Virus record (IMG/VR): IMGVR_UViG_3300032295_003763
Location: 96,001 to 160,000 of that record
DNA from: a virus
Lineage: Duplodnaviria; Caudoviricetes
DNA length: 64,000 nucleotides
Reading direction: 5' to 3' (one strand)
In this document: one piece after another, positions 28,328 to 38,300 of the stretch
How positions within the stretch are numbered: position 1 is the first letter of the stretch
How the letters are laid out: each line of letters starts with the position of its first letter
Made by a program: the position numbers and the translations under genes
Notes under the pieces: generated by a model
Told to the model about the DNA's origin: nothing
Seen by the model: only the letters and a program-made list of their open reading frames with translations
The model's database searches: none

Positions 28328-28576
28328 ATGGCCAACAGAATTGTAAAAACATTTGAAGAATTTATTTCTTTTGAAATCGAAGATTCCGAAGTTCATATAC
28401 ATATTGAACCAAAAGAAACTGAAGAAATCTCTGAACCTGAAATCACTACAGGTGATGATGTAATTGTTGATATCCCTTTGATGAACTTATCCCAAGATGA
28501 TTCAGAAGAAGACATGGATTCCGAAGAAGATGAAACACCAGAAAGTGATACTGATGGTGAAGAAGACGAAGAATAA
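28328..28576 (+). CDS. Highly acidic small protein, putative internal head protein
   Basis: N-terminal IVKTFEEFI (capsid-targeting-like); D/E-rich; ends EEDEE. Confidence 0.65.
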   Translation: MANRIVKTFEEFISFEIEDSEVHIHIEPKETEEISEPEITTGDDVIVDIPLMNLSQDDSEEDMDSEEDETPESDTDGEEDEE

Positions 28577-28578
28577 TA

Positions 28579-28602
28579 AAAAGCCCTTATATAAGGGCTT
28601 TT
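28579..28602. terminator. Bidirectional terminator between convergent genes
   Basis: Perfect palindrome AAAAGCCCTTATATAAGGGCTTTT. Confidence 0.8.
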
Positions 28603-28605
28603 CTT

Positions 28606-28893
28606 TTATTCAAACGATTCTATAATTTCTTCCTTTGTTCTTAGACCAGTTATTCTATTAACTAGTTCCCCGTTCTTAAATATTAGCATAGTAGGTACAC
28701 TTCGTATACCATATTCAATAGCTAACCCTTGATTAGAATCAACATCAACTTTAACCACTTTAATAGGAGTAGTGGATGATATTTCGTCTAATATTGGATT
28801 TAATGCTTTGCAAGGTCCACACCAACTTGCACTAAAATCAACAATTACTCTCTCAAGAGATTTAAAAGATTCGATATTAAAATTATTTTCCAT
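28606..28893 (-). CDS. trxA: Thioredoxin
   Basis: VDFSASWCGPCK, KVDVD, GIRSVPTM. Confidence 0.95.
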   Translation of the reverse strand: MENNFNIESFKSLERVIVDFSASWCGPCKALNPILDEISSTTPIKVVKVDVDSNQGLAIEYGIRSVPTMLIFKNGELVNRITGLRTKEEIIESFE

Positions 28894-29215
28894 AAGTATT
28901 GTATGATGTTATTTTTTTAAATAATCTTTTTTCTAATGACTCTATTAAAGAAAAATCCCAGCATTCATTTAGATATTCATCCATTTCTGAGGTGTAATTA
29001 AACCATTCACCTCTTATATGAAAGTTTGTAAACCTTTCATGTAATTTCTTTTCAGTTTTTCTATCCCCCCAAACTGCTCCGAGTATCTTAAGATCATGAG
29101 GAGTACCAACTTGTAAATTTTCTAGTCTACGCTTTAAACCTTTAAGTGTGGTATATCCTATTTTAACAGCATTGGAATTTGTGTCTAAAATGAAGTATAT
29201 TATATCTTCATTCAT
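28883..29215 (-). CDS. GIY-YIG nuclease, T5orf172/MUG113 family
   Basis: IYFI..VKIGYT..RRL..LQ.G.P..E..LH..F..GEWF. Confidence 0.85.
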   Translation of the reverse strand: MNEDIIYFILDTNSNAVKIGYTTLKGLKRRLENLQVGTPHDLKILGAVWGDRKTEKKLHERFTNFHIRGEWFNYTSEMDEYLNECWDFSLIESLEKRLFKKITSYNTYGK

Positions 29216-29256
29216 TTTTATAGATTTATTTTCAAACCTATATATTCACATAAGTT

Positions 29257-29898
29257 TTAAATTGTGATTTTCTTTTCCCAAACCATAAAATTTACATCAA
29301 ATCTTCTTGGGTATGGATGTTCAGCAACAAGATTGAATTTTTTTGAAATCATATCATTAATATTTATACCATCATCTTCCCAATAAATAAGACCTGCGTT
29401 TTTATCATCTATCCCAACTGGAATAAATCTCTTATTTTCATTAACAGTAATAAATTTACCATCATTCTTTAATGAATCGTATATAAAATCAATATCTTCT
29501 TCTGGGGTCGGACTATGTTGCAAAACATAAATTGATATAATTGTATCGAATTTTTGGAAAAAATTTACCTTTTCATCTTCTGTTAAAGGTGTTGAAACTG
29601 GTATAAACTTTTTACTTGCAACGAATTGAGTTGCTGCTTGGAGCATAGGCAAACTAAAATCAAAACCATAACAAATACACCCTAAAGAGCTTATAAGCCC
29701 CTTTGATATTCTACCTACCCCACAACCATAATCTCCAATTACAGCATCATTGAATGCATATACATTATCTATGAAAAGTTTTACAGTTGTTTGAGTTTCC
29801 ATATCAAATTTATAGGAAACACCTGGTTCTGGTGAAAGACAAATTTCTTTAGCATGACCAATATCTCTTGGGTAAAACGCTTCTTTAACGTAATTCAT
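29257..29898 (-). CDS. Class I SAM-dependent methyltransferase
   Basis: DYGCGVGRI, GFDFS..ML, VLQH, LK.DG. Confidence 0.85.
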   Translation of the reverse strand: MNYVKEAFYPRDIGHAKEICLSPEPGVSYKFDMETQTTVKLFIDNVYAFNDAVIGDYGCGVGRISKGLISSLGCICYGFDFSLPMLQAATQFVASKKFIPVSTPLTEDEKVNFFQKFDTIISIYVLQHSPTPEEDIDFIYDSLKNDGKFITVNENKRFIPVGIDDKNAGLIYWEDDGININDMISKKFNLVAEHPYPRRFDVNFMVWEKKITI

Positions 29899-29902
29899 AA
29901 AA

Positions 29903-30913
29903 TTATCCTATACTAAATTCTTCAGCTAAGATAGTTAATTCTTCTCTAATTTTTTGAAATGGAACATCCCATTCACCATACTTAACTTGTCTAAATAATT
30001 TAACAGAATCATACCATTTTGAAGTTTCTTCAGGAACTGCCCATGTATAATATGGCATAACAGGAGTAATAATCCAAGTAGGAATCCCCATAGCTCCTGC
30101 CAAATGTGCTATAGAAGTACAAGAAGTTATTACTAAATCAAGACTAGCTATTATATTTGCTGTATCTTCCCAAGATTTTAAAGAATCTCTTAAATCTGAA
30201 AAAGGTAAGCCATCTATACAATTTTCATCTCTTTGAAGAGAATAAAATGTTGTATTTGGAACATCGTGCAAATTAATCATTAATTCAGGTGGGAATCTTC
30301 TATGTTGTTCATCTTCAAATTTAGGATTACCACTCCAACGTATTCCAACCTTTAAGGTATTTGTTTTTGCATAGAGTTTTGTTGGACTTTGGGGGATTAT
30401 AAAAGGTGATCCATCTAAATCATCATATTCCATATTTAATAGAAACGGAGAAGACATAGCTGGAACCCAATAATTATAATGAGCACCCATTACAATCTCA
30501 TTATCTACACAAATATATCCATGTCTAGAAAATAACTCTTTTAATTCAGGGGCGCATGATACAAGAACTCTCGCTCCCATATCTATAAATCTTTTAGCGA
30601 AACGAAAATTTGCTATTTGATCTCCAAATCCACCTTCACACCTAAAAAGAAGGGTTTTATTATCTAATGACTCATCTTTCCAAATTTTACCAGGAACTGG
30701 AGGTAATCCAAATACATCTATGTATCTACCATAGTTAAAGTGTTCAAATGCCTTTTTCATATTTCTATGGCGCATTTCATGCCAACCTAAATTGAAAAGT
30801 ACTCTTAAATCATCCTGTGGTTGATTGCGAAGTATATCTTCACTAATTTCTGGAAATCCATTTTTTGAGGCATCTAATGCCATATCTAATGGATGAATAG
30901 TCTTTTTTATCAT
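29903..30913 (-). CDS. TPR + GT9-like (GT-B) glycosyltransferase
   Basis: Short TPR (VLFNLGW), EGGFGDQI.F.RF, VGIRWSGNP, FYSLQ, SWEDTA.II..LDLVIT.CTS.AHLAGAMG.PTW, WY.SVKLFRQ..GEW. Confidence 0.85.
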   Translation of the reverse strand: MIKKTIHPLDMALDASKNGFPEISEDILRNQPQDDLRVLFNLGWHEMRHRNMKKAFEHFNYGRYIDVFGLPPVPGKIWKDESLDNKTLLFRCEGGFGDQIANFRFAKRFIDMGARVLVSCAPELKELFSRHGYICVDNEIVMGAHYNYWVPAMSSPFLLNMEYDDLDGSPFIIPQSPTKLYAKTNTLKVGIRWSGNPKFEDEQHRRFPPELMINLHDVPNTTFYSLQRDENCIDGLPFSDLRDSLKSWEDTANIIASLDLVITSCTSIAHLAGAMGIPTWIITPVMPYYTWAVPEETSKWYDSVKLFRQVKYGEWDVPFQKIREELTILAEEFSIG

Positions 30914-30972
30914 AGTAGAAAATGCACAAAAATATAATAATAGTAATTATATGAAATATATGTTTTTTGTTC

Positions 30973-33900
30973 TTACAAATTTGAAATAAAAATACTATGA
31001 GCCGATCCAGCTTCCGCATCAAACCAATTTGTAAGTAATCCTACTTGAACTGGGTTTGATCTAAATATGATATCCCCTAAACCTAATTCTCCATTTGAAT
31101 TATTACCCCAAGCCCAAAGTGTGCCATTTGTTTTAATAGCTAATGTATGTTGATTTTTACTAGAAATCCTTGACCAATCTGTAAGATTTCCTATCCGTAA
31201 AAAAGCTCTATTATTTAATGAAGCAGCTCCTATACGACTACTATCATTTGTACCCATTCCCCAAAGAGTTCCATCTGTTCTTATTGCCATTGTATATTGA
31301 GTACCAGCAGAAACTCTCTGCCAATCTGTAAGTGTCCCGATTTGAACGGGGGAAGAATATGATGTTTTATCATCTGTCCCTAATTGACCACTTGCATTAT
31401 GACCCCATCCCCAAAGAGTTCCATTTGTTTTTATTGCCATTGTATGACTATCTCCCGTTGTAACTCTCTGCCAATCTGTAAGTGTGCCTACTTGAACAGG
31501 AGATGAATAGTTTACCGCATTATTTGTCCCTAATCTACCTGATACAGTATTATTACCCCAAGCCCAAAGTGTGCCATTTGTTTTTATTGCCATTGTAAAT
31601 AAATTTCCAGCCTCAACACTTTGCCAATCTGTGAGTGTGCCTACTTGAACTGGGGATGAAGATAATGTAGTATTACCTGTTCCTAATTGACCTTGTGCAT
31701 TTTGACCCCAGGCCCAAAGAGTTCCATTTGTTCTTATTGCCATTGTATGTTGATTACCAGCAGATACGGTTTGCCAATTTGTATCAGCTCCTATTTGAAT
31801 AGGAGATGAAGTTTGAACAAAAGAATTATTACCTAAACCTCCAAATGAATTACTCCCCCAAGCCCAAAGAGTTCCGTTTGTTTTTACAGCCATTGTATGA
31901 AATGAACCCATCGAAACACTTTGCCAATTCGTATCTGCTCCTACTTGAAGAGGAGATGAATAATTAGTTGTATTCCCTGTTCCTAATTGTCCTTGTCCAT
32001 TAAAACCCCAAGCCCAAAGAGTTCCGTTTGTTTTTATTGCCATTGTACTACTACTTTCTGCAGCTATACTTTGCCAATCTGTAAGAGTTCCTACCTGTAC
32101 TGGTGAACTAGCATTATTTGTGTTGTTAATACCCAATTGACCAAATATATTCACACCCCATGACCATAAACTATTATTAGTTCTTACAGACAATGTATGA
32201 TTAATACCCGTAGCTACTAATGACCACCCTGTAAGTGTCCCCACTTGGACAGGTGACGATGTACCTCCTGCTGCTCTTCCAAGATATACCGATTCCCCAG
32301 CACTATAAATTTCCCGTAATGTATTAATAGCAAATGCAAAAGAAATACCTGTAGCTACAGTATCCCAGTTCGTCAAAGTTCCAATTTGTACTGGGCTTGA
32401 ATAAGTAACAAAATCATTTGTTCCTAATTGACCTTGAGTATTATCACCCCAAGCCCATAAAGTACCATTTGTTTTTATTGCAAAAGTAAAATTATGACTA
32501 GCGAATACTTTATTCCAATCTGTAAGAGTACCTACCTGAACAGGAGAAGAACGAGATGTTGTGTTACTTGTTCCTAGTTGACCGAGAGTATTAATCCCCC
32601 AAGCCCATAAAGTACCATTTGTTCTTATAGCCATAGTATGTGAGGAACTAGCTACAACACTCATCCAACCCCCAAGTGTTCCAATTTGAACTGGGGATAA
32701 TAATGCTGTATTATTTCCTGTTCCTAATTGACCTAGAATGTTCTCACCCCAAGCCCAAAGAGTTCCACCTGCTCGTATTGCCATTGTATGACTATTTCCA
32801 GCAGAAACACTGCTCCAATCCGTAAGCGTCCCTACCTGTACAGGTGAATTTCTAAGTGATCTATCATTCAGTCCCAATTGACCAGAACTATTCCTCCCCC
32901 AAGCCCAAAGACTTCCATCTGTTTTTATAGCAATATTATAACCATCACCAGGAGAAACAAATGACCAATTAGCAAGTGATCCTATTTGAACTGGTGAAGA
33001 TCCTGATACTGGTCTTCCTATAAATAATTCATTTAAACCAGTGGTATAAATTCTATTATTAGTAGTTATTGCTACAGAATGTGAACTTCCAGCTGAAACA
33101 TTTTGCCAATTTGTAAGTGCACCTACTTGAACTGGAGAGCTTTGATTTGTTGTATTTCCTAAACCAAGTTGAGCAAATTGATTGTTACCCCAAGCCCAAA
33201 GAGTCCCATTTGTTTTTACAGCCATTGTATGACTAGAACCAGCAGATACCTTACTCCAATCTGTTAGAACTCCAATTTGAACTGGAGAAGACCTATTACC
33301 AAAGACAATACCATTACCTAGTGCTCCATTAGACTGGGATCCCCATCCCCAAAGAGTCCCATTCGTTCTTATAGCCATCGTATGATTTTGATTCGCAGAA
33401 ACACTTTGCCAATTCGTATCTGCTCCTACTTGAAGAGGGGATGAATAGTTAGTTAGATTGCTTGTTCCTAGACGACCAGTTGCATTATTACCCCAAGCCC
33501 AAAGAGTTCCGTTTGTTTTTATTGCCATTGAATGACTTAAACCCGCAGAAACACTTTGCCAATCTGTGAGTATGCCTATCTGTACTGGTGAAGAATAACT
33601 TGTAGTATTACTGCTTCCTACTACACCATTTGCATTACTCCCCCATCCCCAAAGAGTTCCATTTGTTTTTATCGCTAAAGTATGTAATTGTCCCGCAGAA
33701 ACACTTTGCCAGTCTGTCAATGTGCCTACTTGAACTGGTGATTGTCTACTTGTTCTATCATTTAAACCTAATGCACCTACACCGTTATTACCCCAAGCCC
33801 AAAGAGTTCCGTTTGTTTTTATTGCCATTGTAAAAAATAAACCCGCAGAAACACTTTGCCAGTCTGTCAATGTGCCTACTTGAATAGGAGAGGAATAAAT

Positions 33901-34158
33901 GTTATCAAAATTACCCAATCCTAATTGACCATCTGTATTAGCACCCCATCCCCAAAGAGTTCCGTTTGTTTTTACAGACATTGTATGAGACCAACTAGAA
34001 GAAATGCTTTGCCAATTTGTATTAGCATCTAATTCAGTAAATTCAACTGCCGAAAATCCTCTACCTAATTCTCCAAAAGTAGATGAACCAGTAGACCAAA
34101 TATATCTTTCTATTATTATTACTATTTTTCTTGCCTGAACTATAATATCTTTTATCAT
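30973..34158 (-). CDS. RCC1-repeat beta-propeller protein (21 repeats), probable receptor-binding appendage
   Basis: 21 copies of ~50-aa TLWAWGxNxxGQLG...SSPVQVGTLTDW..VSAG..HTMAIKTNG. Confidence 0.9.
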   Translation of the reverse strand: MIKDIIVQARKIVIIIERYIWSTGSSTFGELGRGFSAVEFTELDANTNWQSISSSWSHTMSVKTNGTLWGWGANTDGQLGLGNFDNIYSSPIQVGTLTDWQSVSAGLFFTMAIKTNGTLWAWGNNGVGALGLNDRTSRQSPVQVGTLTDWQSVSAGQLHTLAIKTNGTLWGWGSNANGVVGSSNTTSYSSPVQIGILTDWQSVSAGLSHSMAIKTNGTLWAWGNNATGRLGTSNLTNYSSPLQVGADTNWQSVSANQNHTMAIRTNGTLWGWGSQSNGALGNGIVFGNRSSPVQIGVLTDWSKVSAGSSHTMAVKTNGTLWAWGNNQFAQLGLGNTTNQSSPVQVGALTNWQNVSAGSSHSVAITTNNRIYTTGLNELFIGRPVSGSSPVQIGSLANWSFVSPGDGYNIAIKTDGSLWAWGRNSSGQLGLNDRSLRNSPVQVGTLTDWSSVSAGNSHTMAIRAGGTLWAWGENILGQLGTGNNTALLSPVQIGTLGGWMSVVASSSHTMAIRTNGTLWAWGINTLGQLGTSNTTSRSSPVQVGTLTDWNKVFASHNFTFAIKTNGTLWAWGDNTQGQLGTNDFVTYSSPVQIGTLTNWDTVATGISFAFAINTLREIYSAGESVYLGRAAGGTSSPVQVGTLTGWSLVATGINHTLSVRTNNSLWSWGVNIFGQLGINNTNNASSPVQVGTLTDWQSIAAESSSTMAIKTNGTLWAWGFNGQGQLGTGNTTNYSSPLQVGADTNWQSVSMGSFHTMAVKTNGTLWAWGSNSFGGLGNNSFVQTSSPIQIGADTNWQTVSAGNQHTMAIRTNGTLWAWGQNAQGQLGTGNTTLSSSPVQVGTLTDWQSVEAGNLFTMAIKTNGTLWAWGNNTVSGRLGTNNAVNYSSPVQVGTLTDWQRVTTGDSHTMAIKTNGTLWGWGHNASGQLGTDDKTSYSSPVQIGTLTDWQRVSAGTQYTMAIRTDGTLWGMGTNDSSRIGAASLNNRAFLRIGNLTDWSRISSKNQHTLAIKTNGTLWAWGNNSNGELGLGDIIFRSNPVQVGLLTNWFDAEAGSAHSIFISNL

Positions 34159-34178
34159 AATTAATTCACTTTTTTGAT

Positions 34179-34628
34179 TTATAATGGTTCATTTGGCCAT
34201 ATAACTTCATCAGGTGAAGTATAATTAGTAATATCTCTTAATTCTTGTCTGTATATTCTCCATTCTTGCCTTTTTTCTTCACTCAAAGGAGAATCAGGTA
34301 ATTGTGTCCAATCACTTTCAAACAATAACCTATTACGCCTTTCTCTGATTTCTATCCATTTATATTCATTTTCCTGTTGAATTTCTTCTTCAGTCTTAGC
34401 TCTTCTTGTTTGATATTCAACAACTTCATCGTCTCCAATTTCAAAGTATGATCCACTAATTACGGAGTTTTCCATATTTGGTGCTTCAACGAATCTAAAA
34501 GGATACCAACCATATTCTTTTAATGTTTCATTATCAAATAAATAAAAATTGGAGAAATTTTGCCAATTTTTAGGCAAATCTCTATTATGATCTACAACTT
34601 GATTATTTTCTACTCTTGCGTATTTCAT
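34179..34628 (-). CDS. Tail fibre assembly chaperone
   Basis: W..IRERRN.LL.ESDWTQLPDSPL....W..YRQELRDIT....WP. Confidence 0.9.
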   Translation of the reverse strand: MKYARVENNQVVDHNRDLPKNWQNFSNFYLFDNETLKEYGWYPFRFVEAPNMENSVISGSYFEIGDDEVVEYQTRRAKTEEEIQQENEYKWIEIRERRNRLLFESDWTQLPDSPLSEEKRQEWRIYRQELRDITNYTSPDEVIWPNEPL

Positions 34629-34634
34629 ACTACA

Positions 34635-35006
34635 TTATATATTTTGACCACCAACAAAACCATACCAGTTTGTTCCACCATCTGTTGTTACAAAAGAAAA
34701 TACATCTCGTTTTCCATTTGTACTCGTTAAAGTAGGTGCAGTACCACTAGGCCATTTGATTGCAGGTGCCCACGCTACTCCTCTTGCTGTCCCATCTGCT
34801 GTAAAAATAAGAGTAAAACTGCCAGCAAAAGAACTTGATGGTACATTTGAAATAGTCATTAATGTAATACTAGCATTTAAACTCACATTAAAAATATTAC
34901 CATTAGACAAATTCAATGTAAGTTGACCAGCCGATATAGTAGGAGAAGTATAAATCTCTTTATAATTCTTTAACGTTCCTTTATCTATCGTTCCTAAAAA
35001 ATCCAT
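34635..35006 (-). CDS. Tail-fibre-associated small beta protein
   Basis: LNLSNGNIF.V.L..SFTLI...W....KWP.GTAPTLT....DVFSF.T.DGG.NWYG. Confidence 0.7.
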   Translation of the reverse strand: MDFLGTIDKGTLKNYKEIYTSPTISAGQLTLNLSNGNIFNVSLNASITLMTISNVPSSSFAGSFTLIFTADGTARGVAWAPAIKWPSGTAPTLTSTNGKRDVFSFVTTDGGTNWYGFVGGQNI

Positions 35007-35021
35007 TTTAAAACATTATTT

Positions 35022-35291
35022 TTAAACAAATGTCGTAATAAGTCCTGTTATATGAACAAGATAAAACTTATCGGATGCTGGCACAACTGCAAACGCTACA
35101 GTTAAAGTATCAACTGTTATTATATCGATATCTACCGCAACTTGTTCATATGTACTTTCATCCCATACTTGTACAATTAATTGTTGCCAACCTAGATTAT
35201 GAGTAACGGTAAAAACATTATTAATACCATCGCAATCAATTCTGAATCTATTATGACTCATTCCACTACTTGATATTACTGTTCCTGCCAT
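35022..35291 (-). CDS. Small fibre/baseplate-associated domain protein
   Basis: FTVTHNLG....VQVWD...Y..V..D. Confidence 0.65.
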   Translation of the reverse strand: MAGTVISSSGMSHNRFRIDCDGINNVFTVTHNLGWQQLIVQVWDESTYEQVAVDIDIITVDTLTVAFAVVPASDKFYLVHITGLITTFV

Positions 35292-35306
35292 ATAATTTCA
35301 TTTATT

Positions 35307-38300
35307 TTATACTACATTGAATTGACCATGTGAAGTAACTACAACCCATGATGTATTAGCAATTATACAAATCACCTCAATAGCAGCATATGCAATTCCA
35401 GTTGAATAATTAACTGATTCTATATATCCACCCGTTCCAGTTGTTGTTGTGAGTGATAAAAACGATATAGATTGACTAGCATTTTGAGCGATTCTATAAC
35501 CATTTGTACTCCTACTAACAATTCTAAATGAATCACCAACTGATGCTGTCGATGGAAGAGTAAATATCAATTGACTAACTCCATTTGAGATGTAATTAGA
35601 ATTACTTACTATAGATGTATTTATAGTAACTGTTGTCCATGCACTACTTCCTCCAGATGGACCTTGAGTACCTTGAACTCCTAATATACCTTGAATACCT
35701 TGTACACCTTGAGTACCTTGATTTCCTTGGTTTCCTTGAGTTCCTTGTGGACCCTGAGTACCTTGATTTCCTTGGTTACCTTGAGTTCCTTGTGGACCCT
35801 GTGTACCTTGAACTCCTTGAGTTCCCTGATTACCTTGGTTTCCTTGATTACCCTGAGCACCTTGAGTACCTTGATTTCCTTGGTTACCTTGGTTTCCTTG
35901 AGTTCCTTGTGGACCCTGAGTACCTTGATTTCCTTGGTTACCTTGAGTTCCTTGTGTACCTTGAACTCCTTGAGTTCCCTGATTACCTTGGTTACCTTGA
36001 TTACCCTGTGTACCCTGAGTACCTTGAGTACCCTGAACTCCTTGATCCCCTTGAGTTCCTTGTGATCCCTTTATACCTTGGTCACCTTGAGTACCTTGGT
36101 TTCCTTGATTACCCTGAGCACCTTGGGTTCCTTGGGTTCCTTGGGTTCCTTGTACACCCTGTACGCCTTGTGTACCTTGGAATCCTTGATTTCCTTGATT
36201 ACCTTGGTTTCCTTGATTACCCTGAGTACCTTGAGTACCTTGAGTACCCTGTGTTCCTTGAACTCCTTGAGTTCCTTGGTTTCCTTGATTGCCCTGAGTA
36301 CCTTGCACTCCTTGAGTACCTTGAGTACCCTGTGTCCCTTGAACTCCTTGAGTTCCTTGGTTTCCTTGAGTTCCTTGGTTTCCTTGATTACCTTGGTTTC
36401 CTTGATTGCCCTGAGTACCTTGCACTCCTTGAGTACCTTGAGTACCCTGTGTCCCTTGATTACCTTGAACTCCTTGTGTTCCTTGGTTTCCTTGATTTCC
36501 TTGATTACCTTGGTTTCCTTGATTACCCTGAGTACCTTGAACTCCTTGTGTTCCTTGGTTACCTTGATTACCTTGGTTTCCTTGATTACCTTGTCTACCC
36601 TGTACACCTTGTACACCCTGAGTACCTTGAGTACCCTGTGTACCTTGAACTCCTTGTGTTCCTTGGTTTCCTTGATTGCCTTGGTTTCCTTGATTGCCCT
36701 GAGTGCCTTGAGTACCCTGTACACCTTGAGTTCCTTGAGTACCCTGTGTACCTTGCACTCCTTGAGTACCTTGGGTTCCCTGAGTACCTTGAACTCCTTG
36801 AGTTCCTTGAGTACCCTGTGTACCTTGCACTCCTTGAGTACCTTGGGTTCCCTGAGTACCCTGAGCACCTTGAGTACCCTGCACTCCTTGAGTTCCTTGG
36901 TTTCCTTGATTGCCTTGGTTTCCTTGATTACCTTGGTTTCCTTGATTACCCTGAGTACCTTGAGTACCCTGTGTACCTTGAACGCCTTGAACACCCTGAG
37001 TACCTTGATTACCTTGGTTTCCTTGATTACCCTGAGTACCTTGAGTACCTTGTGTACCTTGGCTACCTTGATTACCTTGATTACCTTGGTTGCCCTGATT
37101 ACCCTGGGTTCCTTGAACACCTTGAGTACCTTGATTTCCTTGGTTTCCTTGGTTGCCCTGATTACCCTGGTTACCCTGGGTTCCTTGAACACCTTGAGTG
37201 CCTTGGCTACCTTGATTACCTTGGTTACCCTGAGCACCTTGAGTACCTTGTGTTCCCTGAGTGCCTTGAACTCCTTGAGTCCCCTGATTACCTTGATTAC
37301 CTTGAGTACCTTGAACTCCTTGTGTTCCTTGATTACCTTGGTTTCCTTGATTACCTTGTGCTCCCTGAGTACCTTGAACTCCTTGAGTCCCCTGATTACC
37401 TTGGTTACCCTGAGTACCTTGAGTGCCTTGTACACCTTGAGTGCCTTGATTACCCTGAGTGCCTTGAACTCCTTGAGTCCCCTGATTACCTTGGTTACCT
37501 TGGTTACCTTGATTACCTTGGGTTCCCTGAGTGCCTTGAACTCCTTGAGTTCCCTGATTACCCTGATTACCTTGGTTACCTTGAGTTCCCTGAGTGCCTT
37601 GAACTCCTTGAGTTCCCTGATTACCTTGGTTGCCCTGGGTTCCTTGAACTCCTTGAACTCCTTGAATTCCTTGTGTACCCTGACTTCCCTGGTTACCTTG
37701 TGGACCTTGCGTACCAGTTGGACCCAATGTAGTGACTACATAAGAATAATGTTGAGTACCTTCGGTATAAAATGTAACAGTTCTATTTTGGTTATCTAAA
37801 TTATTCAGATATAAATTAAGTATTAACCTATCTGTTAAATTTAGAGAAGCAGTTGTTGCTACGGCATTTGCCTTTACTTCTACTGGTGTAGTGTTATTTA
37901 CTGACCATCCAATAGCAACTGTATCAGAAGTAAACAACAATGTAGTAGTTGCTCCATCATATTTAGATACAGTAAAGTAATATTGTAAATCATCATTTTC
38001 AGCATTTTTAGTCCAATAGATATAAGCGTGCCAAAGACCATTTGGAATCAAAATAACATTCGGATCCCCAGAATTTGTGATCCAGCCTGAATCAACAAGA
38101 ACATTTTGTTGATTAGCAGTCAAATTGGTTACTACTGTCGTTTGTCCAGCAGTAGTTGTAGATTTTGATAATTGTCTATAAGGACTTGGGGTTTGTGCTA
38201 CGGACGAATTAAGGAAATAACTGATACCTCCAGAAATTCCACTTATACCTTCATTTCCTTGGGTACCTTGAACTCCTTGAACCCCTTGGACACCTTGTGT

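Noticed and set aside
28883-29215. Intron-encoded or mobile homing endonuclease
   Set aside because: A short stand-alone T5orf172 domain; flanking genes are intact and there is no room for an intron
30973-34158. CRISPR-like or DGR template/variable repeat pattern in the ~150-bp repeats
   Set aside because: Repeats are in-frame RCC1 blades; I see no reverse transcriptase, no cas genes and no non-coding adenine-specific template copy in the window
22232-35428. Intragenic GATATATA copies at 22232-22239 and 35421-35428
   Set aside because: Both fall in Gly-Tyr-Ile codons 130-160 nt from the next start; chance occurrence in AT-rich DNA cannot be excluded
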